Virus record (IMG/VR): IMGVR_UViG_3300046747_000566 | Location: 1 to 64,000 of that record | Origin: a virus | Length of the DNA: 64,000 nucleotides | Direction: 5' to 3' (one strand) | Part shown: positions 1-9,379 of the stretch, one piece after another | Numbering within the stretch: position 1 is the stretch's first letter | Layout of the letters: each line of letters begins with the position of its first letter | Program-made: the position numbers and the translations under genes | The notes under the pieces: generated by a model | The model's input: the letters and a program-made list of their open reading frames with translations, nothing else | What the model was told of the DNA's origin: nothing | Databases searched by the model: none

Positions 1-637
1 CATTCAGGCCAGAATGTGGGTCCCAGATCCAAACCTCTGCGCCAGCCTTGAGCAGGATGAGAATGTAGTACAGCAATGCAGTGCTCTTGCCGCGTCCAGG
101 CTTGCCAACGACGCACATGCTGAGCAGGTCTGCGACCGTTCCGAATACCGGACCCTCCTGCGTGTAGCAGAGTACCAAGCGCTGGTCAGTGATGAGAGCA
201 TCGACCTCTGCATACACAGGAGCTTGCGGTACCACAGGAGCAAGTAATGCATTTTGAGGTTGTTGGGCAGGTATTTCCTGTACTTTAGTTTGGAATGGAT
301 TGTGAACCTTGAGCGTTCTGCCCTTATCATCGTGGTGAAATTCCACATGATGACCATTCTTTAGACTCTGGGTTGCGCCACTGAGGAGATTGAGATGCGC
401 CCTCTTTGTCTGTATGTCTAAATCGTGGTGATCAAACGCTACCTTGGCTTTCCAAATGATCGGTGTTGCAAAACACACACCTCCTACAGCCAGCACAATC
501 CCTCCTACAACGCAAATCACAATGATTTGCGACATAATAGCTGGAATAATCCAATATACGACAACATAGTAAATTAGTGATATTGCCGCACCTGCGCCAG
601 CTAGATACTCCAGCCAGTTTTTCTTAGTTATACCCAT
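1..637 (-). CDS. membrane-anchored P-loop NTPase, FtsK/TraG-like (5' part only; gene runs off the window start)
   Basis: Absent from the ORF track because it has no stop in the window. My translation of the third minus frame from ATG at 637 (GGAGG upstream) gives MGITKKNWLEYLAGAGAAISLIYYVVVYWIIPAIMSQIIVICVVGGIVLAVGG (2 TM helices). It continues to MCVVGKPGRGKSTALLYYILILLKAGAEVWIWDPHSG (Walker A, then hydrophobic strand plus D). Confidence 0.6.
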   Translation of the reverse strand, partial: MGITKKNWLEYLAGAGAAISLIYYVVVYWIIPAIMSQIIVICVVGGIVLAVGGVCFATPIIWKAKVAFDHHDLDIQTKRAHLNLLSGATQSLKNGHHVEFHHDDKGRTLKVHNPFQTKVQEIPAQQPQNALLAPVVPQAPVYAEVDALITDQRLVLCYTQEGPVFGTVADLLSMCVVGKPGRGKSTALLYYILILLKAGAEVWIWDPHSGLN

Positions 638-921
638 AATCTACCTCCTGTTAGGTTGAGTTCTGACTTTGTCTGTAAATATCTGTGCAACATTCTAAGT
701 AACCTCGCACTCTGTAAGAGCACTCCATATGTGCTTGTGCATAAGCCAATAACGAGAGTCACCCCAAATATGAGGATATGCGCAATTACGATTAATGAAA
801 GTACGATGGCTTGTAAAAGTGTTATTAGTGCAGATTTAATGATGATCCTGCCTGACTCCAAAGTATTGTCTATTTGTTGCTCTTCTGAACTGAGTGTCAT
901 CATGCCTAGCTCTCCTTGCAT
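628..921 (-). CDS. small membrane protein
   Basis: ORF track. Hydrophobic core LITLLQAIVLSLIVIAHILIFGVTLVIGL. Its stop overlaps the start of the downstream P-loop gene. Confidence 0.4.
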   Translation of the reverse strand: MQGELGMMTLSSEEQQIDNTLESGRIIIKSALITLLQAIVLSLIVIAHILIFGVTLVIGLCTSTYGVLLQSARLLRMLHRYLQTKSELNLTGGRLWV

Positions 922-1008
922 GGCCAGGCAATATGCTATAATTTGCTCTGGCCCCTATGGTTTGCTACCCCTGCCCTTAGTGCCAACCTCGTGGCAGGGG
1001 AGCATCTT

Positions 1009-1215
1009 TTACTGTCGAACTCGTTTTCGTTCGGCATTGAGAAATTTGATGAGATCAGGCTTTGAATATTCCTGATCCTGGATATGGGCCAGGGCTGAAT
1101 CCTCAAGCTCATAGACATCTCGCTCATCATAGAGATGCTCTAGACTATCAGCCATGTGTTGCGATAGTTCTCGCTCTAAATCTGATCTATCGCGAAACAA
1201 ATCAAAAAGTGACAT
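1009..1215 (-). CDS. hypothetical acidic protein (start moved to internal ATG preceded by AGGAGG)
   Basis: ORF track 1009..1257. AGGAGGAAACA precedes the Met of MSLFDLF. Confidence 0.4.
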   Translation of the reverse strand: MSLFDLFRDRSDLERELSQHMADSLEHLYDERDVYELEDSALAHIQDQEYSKPDLIKFLNAERKRVRQ

Positions 1216-1238
1216 TGTTTCCTCCTTCGTCTCCTCTG

Positions 1239-1460
1239 CTAGAATATTTTTTGCCACCAGGGTCTTGGTGCTTCTTCCTCAAGAAACCGGATATTCTTCA
1301 ATTCGCCGTTCTCAAGTTGCTGAAGACAGCTCCAATTCTTGCCTGGATAATCTGTAAAATTGTTGTTGTCGCTAAGATCTAATTCATTCTTGCCTGAATA
1401 GATCTCCTCGTTTTCTCCTGTAGTTCGGTTTGTACCCACTACTTTGTAGTATTTGTTCAT
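1239..1460 (-). CDS. hypothetical early protein
   Basis: ORF track. Member of a tightly packed co-directional small-gene array. Confidence 0.4.
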   Translation of the reverse strand: MNKYYKVVGTNRTTGENEEIYSGKNELDLSDNNNFTDYPGKNWSCLQQLENGELKNIRFLEEEAPRPWWQKIF

Positions 1461-1660
1461 GTTCCTCCTTTGCGACGCGCTAATTCTTTATCGACACTAC
1501 GGAATTGTCTGTACCAAGCGACAACATTTTCTTCATCTGCATCTTCACATCCATACTCATCGCGGATTGCTTGTAGCGCTTCATCGCGTTCCTTGTGGAG
1601 CTCTTCAGATGAGGAGAATTTACTCACTAAATCATGCAGCATCCTGTCTAGTATTCTCAT
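1457..1660 (-). CDS. hypothetical early protein
   Basis: ORF track. 4-nt overlap with the downstream gene. Confidence 0.4.
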   Translation of the reverse strand: MRILDRMLHDLVSKFSSSEELHKERDEALQAIRDEYGCEDADEENVVAWYRQFRSVDKELARRKGGT

Positions 1661-1668
1661 AAACGTTA

Positions 1669-1887
1669 CTACCTACGATTGCCACATTTATGCTCAGCAT
1701 ACACATTCACTAGTACCCACTTCTTACAGTTAGTGCACTGCATGGATGTAGTATCTGTTACCTCTAGGCCTCTTTGATCTAGACCGTGATAGACGCAAGC
1801 GACTTCAAGTTCCTGAGACAAGTTGTCAGGAACTTCTACACAAACCTGGCCAGTGAGCAGTTCACGTGCTCTATCAAAAAATCCCAT
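1669..1887 (-). CDS. hypothetical Cys-rich small protein
   Basis: ORF track. Contains CTNCKK ... HKC, a possible zinc site. Confidence 0.4.
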   Translation of the reverse strand: MGFFDRARELLTGQVCVEVPDNLSQELEVACVYHGLDQRGLEVTDTTSMQCTNCKKWVLVNVYAEHKCGNRR

Positions 1888-1889
1888 GA

Positions 1890-2114
1890 CTATTCTCCTA
1901 AGTGTGGATGCGGGAAAGACGATATCGGGACCCAGCCTCGTGTGGAGGTATTGCTACACAATCCACAAAAGTACTCGTTGTCTTTTCCGTGTACTAATTC
2001 CTCTTCTTCTGCCGCTTGGTTAACGTTCTGTAGCGCTTCTTCAAGCGTGTTGCCGCTTGCAGTAAGTGCAATATCTTCTTCTTTGACTCTGAAGAAATCA
2101 GTTAGCCAGTTCAT
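1890..2114 (-). CDS. hypothetical early protein
   Basis: ORF track. 2-nt gap to the neighbouring gene. Confidence 0.4.
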   Translation of the reverse strand: MNWLTDFFRVKEEDIALTASGNTLEEALQNVNQAAEEEELVHGKDNEYFCGLCSNTSTRGWVPISSFPHPHLGE

Positions 2115-2172
2115 GCTTTAACTCCTCTAATGAATGTGGGGATAGGCTCCCCACGGGCCACTAGCAAGCGCG

Positions 2173-2373
2173 CTACTTGGACTGTTCAGGGTAGTATCCG
2201 TATTTAGCCGCAAACTCTTGTATTTTACTGTCCCTCAATTGTCTAAATTCGTGTGCTTGTTCGTACTTCTCCATTTCAGCAGATATTCTGAATACATTGT
2301 CTGCACTATGAATGTCGAATAGATCGCTATCCTCTTCCATCTGTTGAGGAGTACGTTCTAAAGAAAATCTCAT
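2173..2373 (-). CDS. hypothetical early protein
   Basis: ORF track. Confidence 0.35.
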   Translation of the reverse strand: MRFSLERTPQQMEEDSDLFDIHSADNVFRISAEMEKYEQAHEFRQLRDSKIQEFAAKYGYYPEQSK

Positions 2374-2437
2374 GTTATTGGTCCTTTCGTGTGTAAAGTG
2401 GGCATCCCCTTTGATGCCCGACCCGCTAGCAAACGCG

Positions 2438-2671
2438 CTAATTATTTAAACTTTTTTGACGAATAAGTTCGTCAACATCACGTTTTGCGTCTTTCTCAGC
2501 AAGTTGTCTCACGATGGACCGAATATTCATCATTGAGACATCACCAGACTGCTGAGCAATCTTGATAGCCTCGTTCACGCGAACGCGTGCTTCTTCTTTA
2601 GAAGGTCTTCCAATGGGCATAAGTTTAACCTTTCTTTCTGCTCTACTGAGCAATTTGTCGAATGAAAACAT
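2438..2671 (-). CDS. hypothetical early protein
   Basis: ORF track. Confidence 0.35.
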   Translation of the reverse strand: MFSFDKLLSRAERKVKLMPIGRPSKEEARVRVNEAIKIAQQSGDVSMMNIRSIVRQLAEKDAKRDVDELIRQKSLNN

Positions 2672-2724
2672 TTCACTCGTTCCAGGCCGCTACAAGCTGC
2701 AACGACCTGAGCCGATGAAACGCG

Positions 2725-2940
2725 CTATTTCAGTAATTGTATGTCTTTGGCGGATACACCGCATCTCGTACATATTCCGGTAACAGCGTCCTCTGGAGTC
2801 TCACCACACTCACTGTACATCTTTCCCATGTTCCTCTTTCCAATACCTCTGAAGCTCCATGTCTTCCATGATGATGGAATCTCTGCATCATAAGCTTTGT
2901 TTGGCTGGAGGCATGATCTCGACTCGAATAGATTTAGCAT
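2725..2940 (-). CDS. hypothetical early protein
   Basis: ORF track. Overlaps the upstream gene by 7 nt. Confidence 0.35.
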   Translation of the reverse strand: MLNLFESRSCLQPNKAYDAEIPSSWKTWSFRGIGKRNMGKMYSECGETPEDAVTGICTRCGVSAKDIQLLK

Positions 2941-3164
2941 CTCTCACCAAGCCTTTTGAGTCTTTTTACTAGGAGATTCTTCTTTTCTTGCTTTTTATGA
3001 TACTCACACATTCCGTGTGATTTACCTTCGCCTTGGTGCTTTTCGAGCTGACCTTGCTCCTCTAGGCACCATGCGCAAGGCCTTACTGCTGTTTCTGACG
3101 ACATCTTTTGTCTTTCCGCCGAGTGTGCTATAATGAGCACAGTTTTAGCCCCGACTTCTTTCAA
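2934..3164 (-). CDS. hypothetical Cys/His-rich small protein
   Basis: ORF track. Contains CAWC ... HGMCEYH. Confidence 0.35.
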   Translation of the reverse strand: MKEVGAKTVLIIAHSAERQKMSSETAVRPCAWCLEEQGQLEKHQGEGKSHGMCEYHKKQEKKNLLVKRLKRLGERC

Positions 3165-3225
3165 ACCTGCGAGCTGCGACGACCAAATCTTCAGCTCGCA
3201 GGTGCCACAACTACTTCAAATTGCT

Positions 3226-3474
3226 TCAATTCGAGAATAATTCCCGTGAGTATGTGCCATCGACATGTGCTGCAAGGATTCCCGTGTCGACGAGCTCGTT
3301 TAAGTCGGCCAGCAAATCGCTCTTGCGCTCGTAGTAACTGCATACGTATATGCCGTCGAGCGACACAGACTCGTTATTCTCTTGCAGCATGTTCATGACA
3401 CGCATGATCTCGTTTTGGCTTCTGTGCATGTTATTTGCCTTTCTTATACAGCCTGAAATCGCGGTTTGCGACAT
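3226..3474 (-). CDS. hypothetical early protein
   Basis: ORF track. Confidence 0.35.
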   Translation of the reverse strand: MSQTAISGCIRKANNMHRSQNEIMRVMNMLQENNESVSLDGIYVCSYYERKSDLLADLNELVDTGILAAHVDGTYSRELFSN

Positions 3475-3750
3475 CGACTGACCTAAGATAACTCATCAAA
3501 CGCGCTACATTCCTAAATACGATGAAACGTTTATTGCTGGTATAGATCAGCTTATACATACAATGTGCCTTTCTGCTACATCCTGCTACTTTTGCAGGAT
3601 AATGAGCAATGCAGGACTCGGACCCGTTGCACGCCTTGTTATCGCCTTGTCTTCTCTGGCTTTCCGTACGTTTGCTGAGAGGTGGCATGCCTCCGAAGAA
3701 GCTTCTCGGAGATCCCTCCGATGGCCCTGCCCGAGCCAGATTAGTGTGAA

Positions 3751-3996
3751 CTATGCCACCTGGCCTGCGATGTACCGACTGATGTCATCATCTTGCGGTA
3801 CATCCTCTTCTATCCACTTCTCACCGTCGTATCTCACCAGGACATTGCCGCCTTTCAGACGGACTGTTCTTCCTGTATCGACGATCGCGTCATTCAGCCA
3901 TATTGACACTTTTACAACATCACCGTTGTTCAGATGAACATCTTGGCGTTTCGTGAATGTGCCGTATTTATTGATACGGCTGATCTCCACGCTCAT
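3751..3996 (-). CDS. hypothetical early protein
   Basis: ORF track. Confidence 0.35.
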   Translation of the reverse strand: MSVEISRINKYGTFTKRQDVHLNNGDVVKVSIWLNDAIVDTGRTVRLKGGNVLVRYDGEKWIEEDVPQDDDISRYIAGQVA

Positions 3997-4048
3997 TGCT
4001 TTCTCCTCGTTTCACTGGGAAGCATCAGCGACACTTCCCGCCTTACCA

Positions 4049-4897
4049 CTAGCGCATTAACTGAAAACCTTGATTCGTCGTTAAAGCTGCATTCATCATG
4101 GAATGCTCAACACGCTTGCGGCCCTTGATCTCATTGATCTCAGCTCTTAGCAGAGCCTTTGCAGTGTTTTTGACTTGACGACCTGGCGCGTACCAACCAG
4201 CCGCCGCAAGCTCTGCCTGGTGATCAATGGGTTCACCGCTTGGTGGCATGACCCAATCACAAATGTCGCTGTCCCACACTTTGCCATCGGGTTGTGGCTC
4301 ACAAACTTTGTTGCTATCGCTCCATTTGTAGCAGCATCTGTTAGGACACCAGTAGTATTTCCTTGGCTCGGCAACCACCTCAGCAGGCTTCGCTATTGCA
4401 GCAAGCCTCTCGCGGACTCCTTGCGACATTTGATACTGCTGGATGGCCACCGGAGCGCTCTCGACAACCTCCTGAGCAGACGTCTCAATGACAGGCTCTT
4501 CGTTCTCGAGATGCCGCAGAACAGCCTCCCTGTGTACGCAGGTTTCGCTGTTTCCGCAAGAGCAGAGCCACTTGCCGTCTTGTAACCATACCTGCTGTGA
4601 ATGGTCACAAATGTACCATCGTCCTGCTTCAACTTCACAGGTGATCTCTGATGCTTTGTGTGCAAATGCTGCATTTGCCATGGCAATGTGTTTACATGGT
4701 TTTTTCGAGTAACATTGACACCTTATGGCTGTCATTGCCTCATCCATGTCCACGCGGTAGATCAGGCCTTCAATGCGCTCGCTGGCGACTTCGCAGTACA
4801 GGCCTCTGTCGTCGGTCGATAAGACCAAATGTTCCATTATGTACCGTGCATACCAATCAATTTTCTTGGTTGCTTTCTTAGTAATCTGTGCTATCAT
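4049..4897 (-). CDS. SWIM zinc-finger protein
   Basis: Two CxC...CxH signatures: CQCYSKKPCKH and CSCGNSETCVH. Confidence 0.55.
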   Translation of the reverse strand: MIAQITKKATKKIDWYARYIMEHLVLSTDDRGLYCEVASERIEGLIYRVDMDEAMTAIRCQCYSKKPCKHIAMANAAFAHKASEITCEVEAGRWYICDHSQQVWLQDGKWLCSCGNSETCVHREAVLRHLENEEPVIETSAQEVVESAPVAIQQYQMSQGVRERLAAIAKPAEVVAEPRKYYWCPNRCCYKWSDSNKVCEPQPDGKVWDSDICDWVMPPSGEPIDHQAELAAAGWYAPGRQVKNTAKALLRAEINEIKGRKRVEHSMMNAALTTNQGFQLMR

Positions 4898-4976
4898 GGG
4901 TTCTGAGCCTTTCTTTGGTTCGCTAGACCCTCGCGCTGGTGATTTATCAGGTCCTCCAGCCCGGGGGTTGTTTTGT

Positions 4977-5168
4977 TTAACTTGCTACTGGTAAGACACT
5001 ACGAAACTTCTCCAAATCGGATTGCCTATAAAGCAACCACTTGCAGCCCTCCTTCTTGTAAGTCTGCACCTTCGCTTTCACATTGTAGTAAAACATGAAG
5101 CGCGTGATGTGGAGATACCTCGCTGCACTAGCGGCGTTGTGATATACCTCGCCGTCAAGCTCAATCAT
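4977..5168 (-). CDS. small excisionase/MerR-type HTH DNA-binding protein (first gene of the leftward operon)
   Basis: AASAARYLHITRFMFYYNVK ... WLLYRQSDLEKF. GGAG RBS. Lies directly downstream of a consensus promoter. Confidence 0.5.
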   Translation of the reverse strand: MIELDGEVYHNAASAARYLHITRFMFYYNVKAKVQTYKKEGCKWLLYRQSDLEKFRSVLPVAS

Positions 5169-5200
5169 GTTCTGTTCTCCTACACATTTTCAATATTTTT

Positions 5201-5217
5201 TACTTTCTACACATTAT
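5201..5217 (-). promoter_or_regulatory. 17-nt operator-like box AATAATGTGTAGAAAGT (copy 1)
   Basis: Identical 17-mer recurs at 6267..6283 on the plus strand. In both copies it overlaps or abuts the -10. Confidence 0.5.
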
Positions 5218-5243
5218 TATAAACTCTGGCTTCCCCATTGTCA
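5215..5243 (-). promoter_or_regulatory. sigma70-type promoter for the leftward early operon
   Basis: Minus strand reads TTGACA, 17 nt, TATAAT. It is followed by AATGTGTAG boxes. Confidence 0.6.
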
Positions 5244-5353
5244 AGGCTTTTTCTTACCAATTTTTGATAGATTACACAATTCACACAATATCTGGTATAC
5301 TTGTCTTATCAAACCAGACATAATTGACACATTAGACACAGAAGGAGAAAACC

Positions 5354-6217
5354 ATGGTACGTCGCAACGAAAAACTGATGCTAGATGAAAATATTGCTAG
5401 GATCTACTATACAGCTCAGCAAGCGCAAAAAAGGCTGGGTATGGACAGGGATCGCTTTAATTACATAATGAAAACAAGGAATATCGAAAGAGTGCCTTTC
5501 TTAGGAGGGCACGGATATTACAGAAAGGGAGACATAGACATGCTGGCAAGCGAGATTGATGCATTTCTCTTAGCAGGTGAAACCAGTAAATTTGAGTTCA
5601 GAGCAGCAACTATTGATGATTTAGGAGCAGAGGATTATATGGCCTATCTTAATTTTGGGGAGGGCTCTCGGTCTCCAGAAAGGAATGCCAGCCGCAGGCG
5701 CTATCTAGAGGCGAACCCTTTCACTTCGTTTCATCTCTATAGTGCAAATGTACTGGTGGCACTGATAAACCTTGTACCACTAAAGCATGAGGCTATCCTT
5801 GAGTTCAGGCAAGGCAAGAGAGGGTGGATGTTCCCCAATGAGATGATAGAGCAATATGAACCAGGAAAGCCACTAGAATGCATCGTGATTGATCTGGCTA
5901 CACTCAACACTGCTCCTGAGAAGCGCATTAGATACGCAGGCTACCTGCTCCATGAGTTTGCTAAACAACTCACAAAGTGGGGAAGTCAGGGTATCGATAT
6001 TAAGAGTATCGATGCTTGCGGAGGGACACCGGATGGAAGGAAGATACTTGAGAGAGCAGGCTTTGAATACACGGGGACTTACAAAATTCCTGCGATCGGA
6101 AAGCCTGAAATAATGTCAAACAGGCCAATGTACCATCTAGATCTTGGGAAGTCTGAACGAGTGCTGCTGCAACCCTACAAGAAAGCTCTAGCTGAGTGGC
6201 AAGAACAACATAACTAA
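5354..6217 (+). CDS. HTH (excisionase/MerR-like) N-domain fused to a GNAT-like C-domain; candidate switch regulator
   Basis: N-terminus IYYTAQQAQKRLGMDRDRFNYIMK ... GYYRKGDIDML. C-terminus GRKILERAGFEYTG is GNAT-like. Divergent from the leftward operon. Confidence 0.45.
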   Translation: MVRRNEKLMLDENIARIYYTAQQAQKRLGMDRDRFNYIMKTRNIERVPFLGGHGYYRKGDIDMLASEIDAFLLAGETSKFEFRAATIDDLGAEDYMAYLNFGEGSRSPERNASRRRYLEANPFTSFHLYSANVLVALINLVPLKHEAILEFRQGKRGWMFPNEMIEQYEPGKPLECIVIDLATLNTAPEKRIRYAGYLLHEFAKQLTKWGSQGIDIKSIDACGGTPDGRKILERAGFEYTGTYKIPAIGKPEIMSNRPMYHLDLGKSERVLLQPYKKALAEWQEQHN

Positions 6218-6223
6218 CCTCCA

Positions 6224-6256
6224 AAATAGCCCCATCAGTATTGACAGGGCTATTTT
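6224..6256 (+). terminator. hairpin plus T-run after the 5354..6217 gene
   Basis: AAATAGCCC, 14-nt loop, GGGCTATTT, then a T-run. The loop contains the next -35. Confidence 0.35.
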
Positions 6257-6269
6257 CTTGTAGTAAAAT
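6241..6269 (+). promoter_or_regulatory. sigma70-type promoter for the rightward block
   Basis: TTGACA, 17 nt, TAAAAT. Confidence 0.55.
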
Positions 6270-6283
6270 AATGTGTAGAAAGT
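6267..6283 (+). promoter_or_regulatory. 17-nt operator-like box AATAATGTGTAGAAAGT (copy 2)
   Basis: Identical to the reverse complement of 5201..5217. Followed by further GTGTAG/GTGTAA repeats. Confidence 0.5.
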
Positions 6284-6481
6284 GTAGACTGTGTAAACTA
6301 AAACGCGGTTTTATACGAACAAAAAACCCTCTGCTGAGAACAGAGGGTAATCGAAGCCACCGGGCTTCTAGAAAATCTACCTATGGAGATTATAGCATAG
6401 GCATGATTACACAAGGCAAGTAATCTTCTCTACTCAGTGTAATCACCCCTTCAAAATCTCCCCAATGAAGGATATTATCAG

Positions 6482-7114
6482 ATGGAAGAAAGAGATTATG
6501 ACAAAAGCAAAGTCACTAACAAATTTGCCGTGGGTGAACAAATTGAATGGGTGAAAGGAGTAACCGAATCAAACCCAGGATCAGACAATAGCGAGATGGT
6601 CGTTATTTTTCAGACGGGTATCATTAAGGAAATTTACAAGTGGGTGGTAGTTCTAGAGATTGATGGAGAGGAAAAAGTATTAAAGAAAGTATATCTTGAA
6701 AATAGCGCTGATGACCCCGCCCTAGCAGAAGCAATTGTAGCAAGCCTTGAATGGAATTATCTCCATGGGAGACCAAGTAAAACCGAATTGCCTCCCAATA
6801 AGCCACGCAAAAGTGGACCTCCCCACGATATCTATAGGCTAAGAGACCCACGTGATAAGGCCATTTTCTACATTGGCATATCCAAGAATTCCCAGAGACG
6901 GTACAAACAACATTTGGCATGTGTTGGTCTCAATTTCAAGCTGAATATCCGCATACAAGAGATACTCCAGTGTGGTCTCATCCCAGAAATGGAGATTATA
7001 GAGCAGGACGTAGATGGAACTGAGAGAGCAAAAGAGCGTGAAAGGTTCTGGATTAGACATCATCAAAGCCTAGGGGATGTATTGACCAATATAGCCGATT
7101 GCTTCCCTCATTAG
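6482..7114 (+). CDS. GIY-YIG nuclease domain protein
   Basis: C-terminal IYRLRDPRDKAIFYIGISKNSQRRYKQH ... ERERFWIRHH ... LTN. Confidence 0.65.
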   Translation: MEERDYDKSKVTNKFAVGEQIEWVKGVTESNPGSDNSEMVVIFQTGIIKEIYKWVVVLEIDGEEKVLKKVYLENSADDPALAEAIVASLEWNYLHGRPSKTELPPNKPRKSGPPHDIYRLRDPRDKAIFYIGISKNSQRRYKQHLACVGLNFKLNIRIQEILQCGLIPEMEIIEQDVDGTERAKERERFWIRHHQSLGDVLTNIADCFPH

Positions 7115-7128
7115 ATAGAAGGTGAAAC

Positions 7129-8337
7129 ATGGATGACAAGACAACTGGAGCACCTACCAAGAAGGAAAAGCCCGTATTTCCAGGATTTAATACCTCTTTT
7201 AAAGGGTTCTCTCAGATGCCTAATGAATGGCTGGATGAGATCATTTCACAAATAGACAATATAGCAGAACTTAAGGTTGTCCTCTATATATATCGTCATA
7301 CTTGGGGATTTCAAGAGAAGAAAATCAACCCCGATGACCCTGCCAAGCATGATGAAATTAAGCATATTACTACGGACGAATTTATGCATGGAAGGAAGAA
7401 AGCAGATGGGTCCCGCATGGACAGAGGAACAGGTCTCAGCAATCGAAGCGTGATAGATGGGCTCCGAAACGCTGCCAAGCACGGCTACATCTCAGAGGAG
7501 ATTAACGACACAGATAAGGGTAGAGTGGCTAAGTCTTATGCTCTTAATCTTCTGAAATCTACTGAAAATAGCTGTGAAGAAAGTTCACAGGGTGATGTGA
7601 AGAATCTTCATAGGGGTATGAAGACAACTCATAGCAATTGTGAGGAGACTTCACACCGATCAGAGAAAAGAACTCGAGCAGGACACTTTGAGAAAAATAC
7701 TAAAGAAAGAAAGAATGACGCGTCTGAGCAAAGCACCAACATCACGACCATCGAAGGTTCTTTCTCTCATCCATCCTCCTCTTTGTCTTCTTCTCTTTCT
7801 GGAGAGGGAACGAAAACCGAACTCTCACCAGAGGTAAAGCATACGTATGATCTTATCTGCCAAGAGATGTATCCTAATTGCTATCCAAATCTCACCACAA
7901 AGGCCATAGAGCACTTTACCAAGTTGGCTAAGGACATCAAGACGGTAGAGGATATCAAGAGCCTTGTGGCCTATTGTAGGCAAGAACAGCCTATACTCAA
8001 CACATCAAAGATCCACCCAGGGAACTTGGTACGTTGGCTAGATGGCTGGTTGTTACAAACACAGACTCCAGTAACCGAGTCGTTGCCTGAGCTGCCTGGT
8101 GATCCAGCGGTCACTGACGAGGAACTAGCAGAGGATGTATGGGGTTTTGTTCGAGCATATCGGGGTGAAGAGCGCTTTGAAGAATGTCTAAACCGCGTAA
8201 AGGCCATGAAGAGAGAAGGAGAGTTGAGCAACTATAAAATGTGCGATAAGATGGCAGATGCTTGCAGGAGAGCACCATCTAGTAGATATGAAATTGATGA
8301 ATTTTTTGAGCAGCTACGACAAAATTTGTACTGGTAG
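7129..8337 (+). CDS. replication initiator/replisome-organizer-like protein
   Basis: N-terminal FSQMPNEWLDEIISQIDNIAELKVVLYIYRHTWGFQEK resembles the phage replication-protein wHTH. Central low-complexity linker. Confidence 0.4.
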   Translation: MDDKTTGAPTKKEKPVFPGFNTSFKGFSQMPNEWLDEIISQIDNIAELKVVLYIYRHTWGFQEKKINPDDPAKHDEIKHITTDEFMHGRKKADGSRMDRGTGLSNRSVIDGLRNAAKHGYISEEINDTDKGRVAKSYALNLLKSTENSCEESSQGDVKNLHRGMKTTHSNCEETSHRSEKRTRAGHFEKNTKERKNDASEQSTNITTIEGSFSHPSSSLSSSLSGEGTKTELSPEVKHTYDLICQEMYPNCYPNLTTKAIEHFTKLAKDIKTVEDIKSLVAYCRQEQPILNTSKIHPGNLVRWLDGWLLQTQTPVTESLPELPGDPAVTDEELAEDVWGFVRAYRGEERFEECLNRVKAMKREGELSNYKMCDKMADACRRAPSSRYEIDEFFEQLRQNLYW

Positions 8338-8567
8338 CAACTCAGCAATATTTTTGGACAGAAAGGACCCAACTATGTTAGACGAGAAACGCATCCAGGA
8401 ATTGAAGGCTATGCCCTATCTTGCAGTGATCCCACTAGTCCATTGACCGCAAAAGTGGTATTATAGAGTTTCGTAACTATTTGTAACTGTTAGCGAGACA
8501 ATGGAAGGAGGTAGTTTTTGATTATTTTGCACAATAACCAGCTCTGGCAGGCATCGAGGAGGACACC

Positions 8568-8819
8568 ATGAGTGAGGGGATACAGCAGCATATCACTGAT
8601 ATCCACCAGCGAGTGAAGGACTTTGTCGAGGGAAAATATCAAGGATATCGAGTATTTAGCATTAGGAACTACTCCAGCACGTTTTATGCTGAAGAGACGG
8701 TGTCAATCGTTGAAATGAGCGTTGAAGCTGCGAAAGGAGGCAATGATTTGCATTGCTTTGTTTCAGTGAATGATGATACAATGAGCATATCAAGAGAACA
8801 AGAGTCACCATTTGGATAG
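8568..8819 (+). CDS. hypothetical protein
   Basis: ORF track. GAGG upstream. Confidence 0.35.
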   Translation: MSEGIQQHITDIHQRVKDFVEGKYQGYRVFSIRNYSSTFYAEETVSIVEMSVEAAKGGNDLHCFVSVNDDTMSISREQESPFG

Positions 8820-8949
8820 AAGGCGCAAAACACCGCTATAGCACAAGGAGAGGCGTCATTGCCTCTCTTTTTTGTTGCCAACCAGAGTATCACCTTAAAG
8901 TACTGTACTGTTACTGCTGATCGTATCACTCGTCGAACACTATACCGAA

Positions 8950-9159
8950 TTGGTACATGTAGACACAAGAAACAACAAAGGAGTATCAATGGACGCAGTA
9001 GCTTTAGTAATCGTATTGCTCATTGTATTTGCATTAGTCTTTTCGACTGGTAGCGGCAAGACACTGAAATGTGAGAAATGTGGGTTTTGCACTGACGACC
9101 CGTTACGTGCAGAAGGTCACAAGGTCACTGAAAATGCGCACAAATTCAAAGAAGTGTGA
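8950..9159 (+). CDS. small TM protein with CxxC motif
   Basis: Contains VALVIVLLIVFALVF, then KCEKCGFC. Confidence 0.35.
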   Translation: MVHVDTRNNKGVSMDAVALVIVLLIVFALVFSTGSGKTLKCEKCGFCTDDPLRAEGHKVTENAHKFKEV

Positions 9160-9269
9160 TCTAGGAACAATCTTGCATAAGATGCTTAAAGACTAACAAC
9201 TGAAGAGAGCCTAAGATTTTTTCTAGGCTCTTATTGCATAAGCAAATAGGAAAACAAATAGCCATAAAC

Positions 9270-9298
9270 TTGCTTCTGATGCGGGTTTATGGTATAAT
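9270..9298 (+). promoter_or_regulatory. HNH cassette promoter, copy 1
   Basis: TTGCTT, 17 nt, TATAAT. Flanked by CCATAAAC/GTTTATGG inverted repeat. Confidence 0.55.
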
Positions 9299-9320
9299 TG
9301 GATGAGTTAAAAATGTTGTT

Positions 9321-9349
9321 GCCCCGGCGTTGCTGAAACAACCCAGGGC
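9321..9349 (+). ncRNA. conserved 5' UTR hairpin, copy 1
   Basis: GCCCCGGCGTTG-CTGAAA-CAACCCAGGGC. Confidence 0.5.
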
Positions 9350-9379
9350 GTGAGCTAAACCTGTTTCGGAGGTCTAACC

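Noticed and set aside
4-357. ORF-track entries 4..357 (-) and 14..247 (+) at the window start.
   Set aside because: A third frame on the minus strand is open from 637 to the window edge. It has a GGAGG RBS, two TM helices and a Walker A motif, while the listed ORFs have no features.
3431-3688. 85-aa basic minus-strand ORF filling the 3474..3751 gap.
   Set aside because: It overlaps the 3226..3474 gene by 44 nt, has unusual Cys/Arg-rich composition and no clear RBS. It is left uncalled, although a small gene here remains possible.
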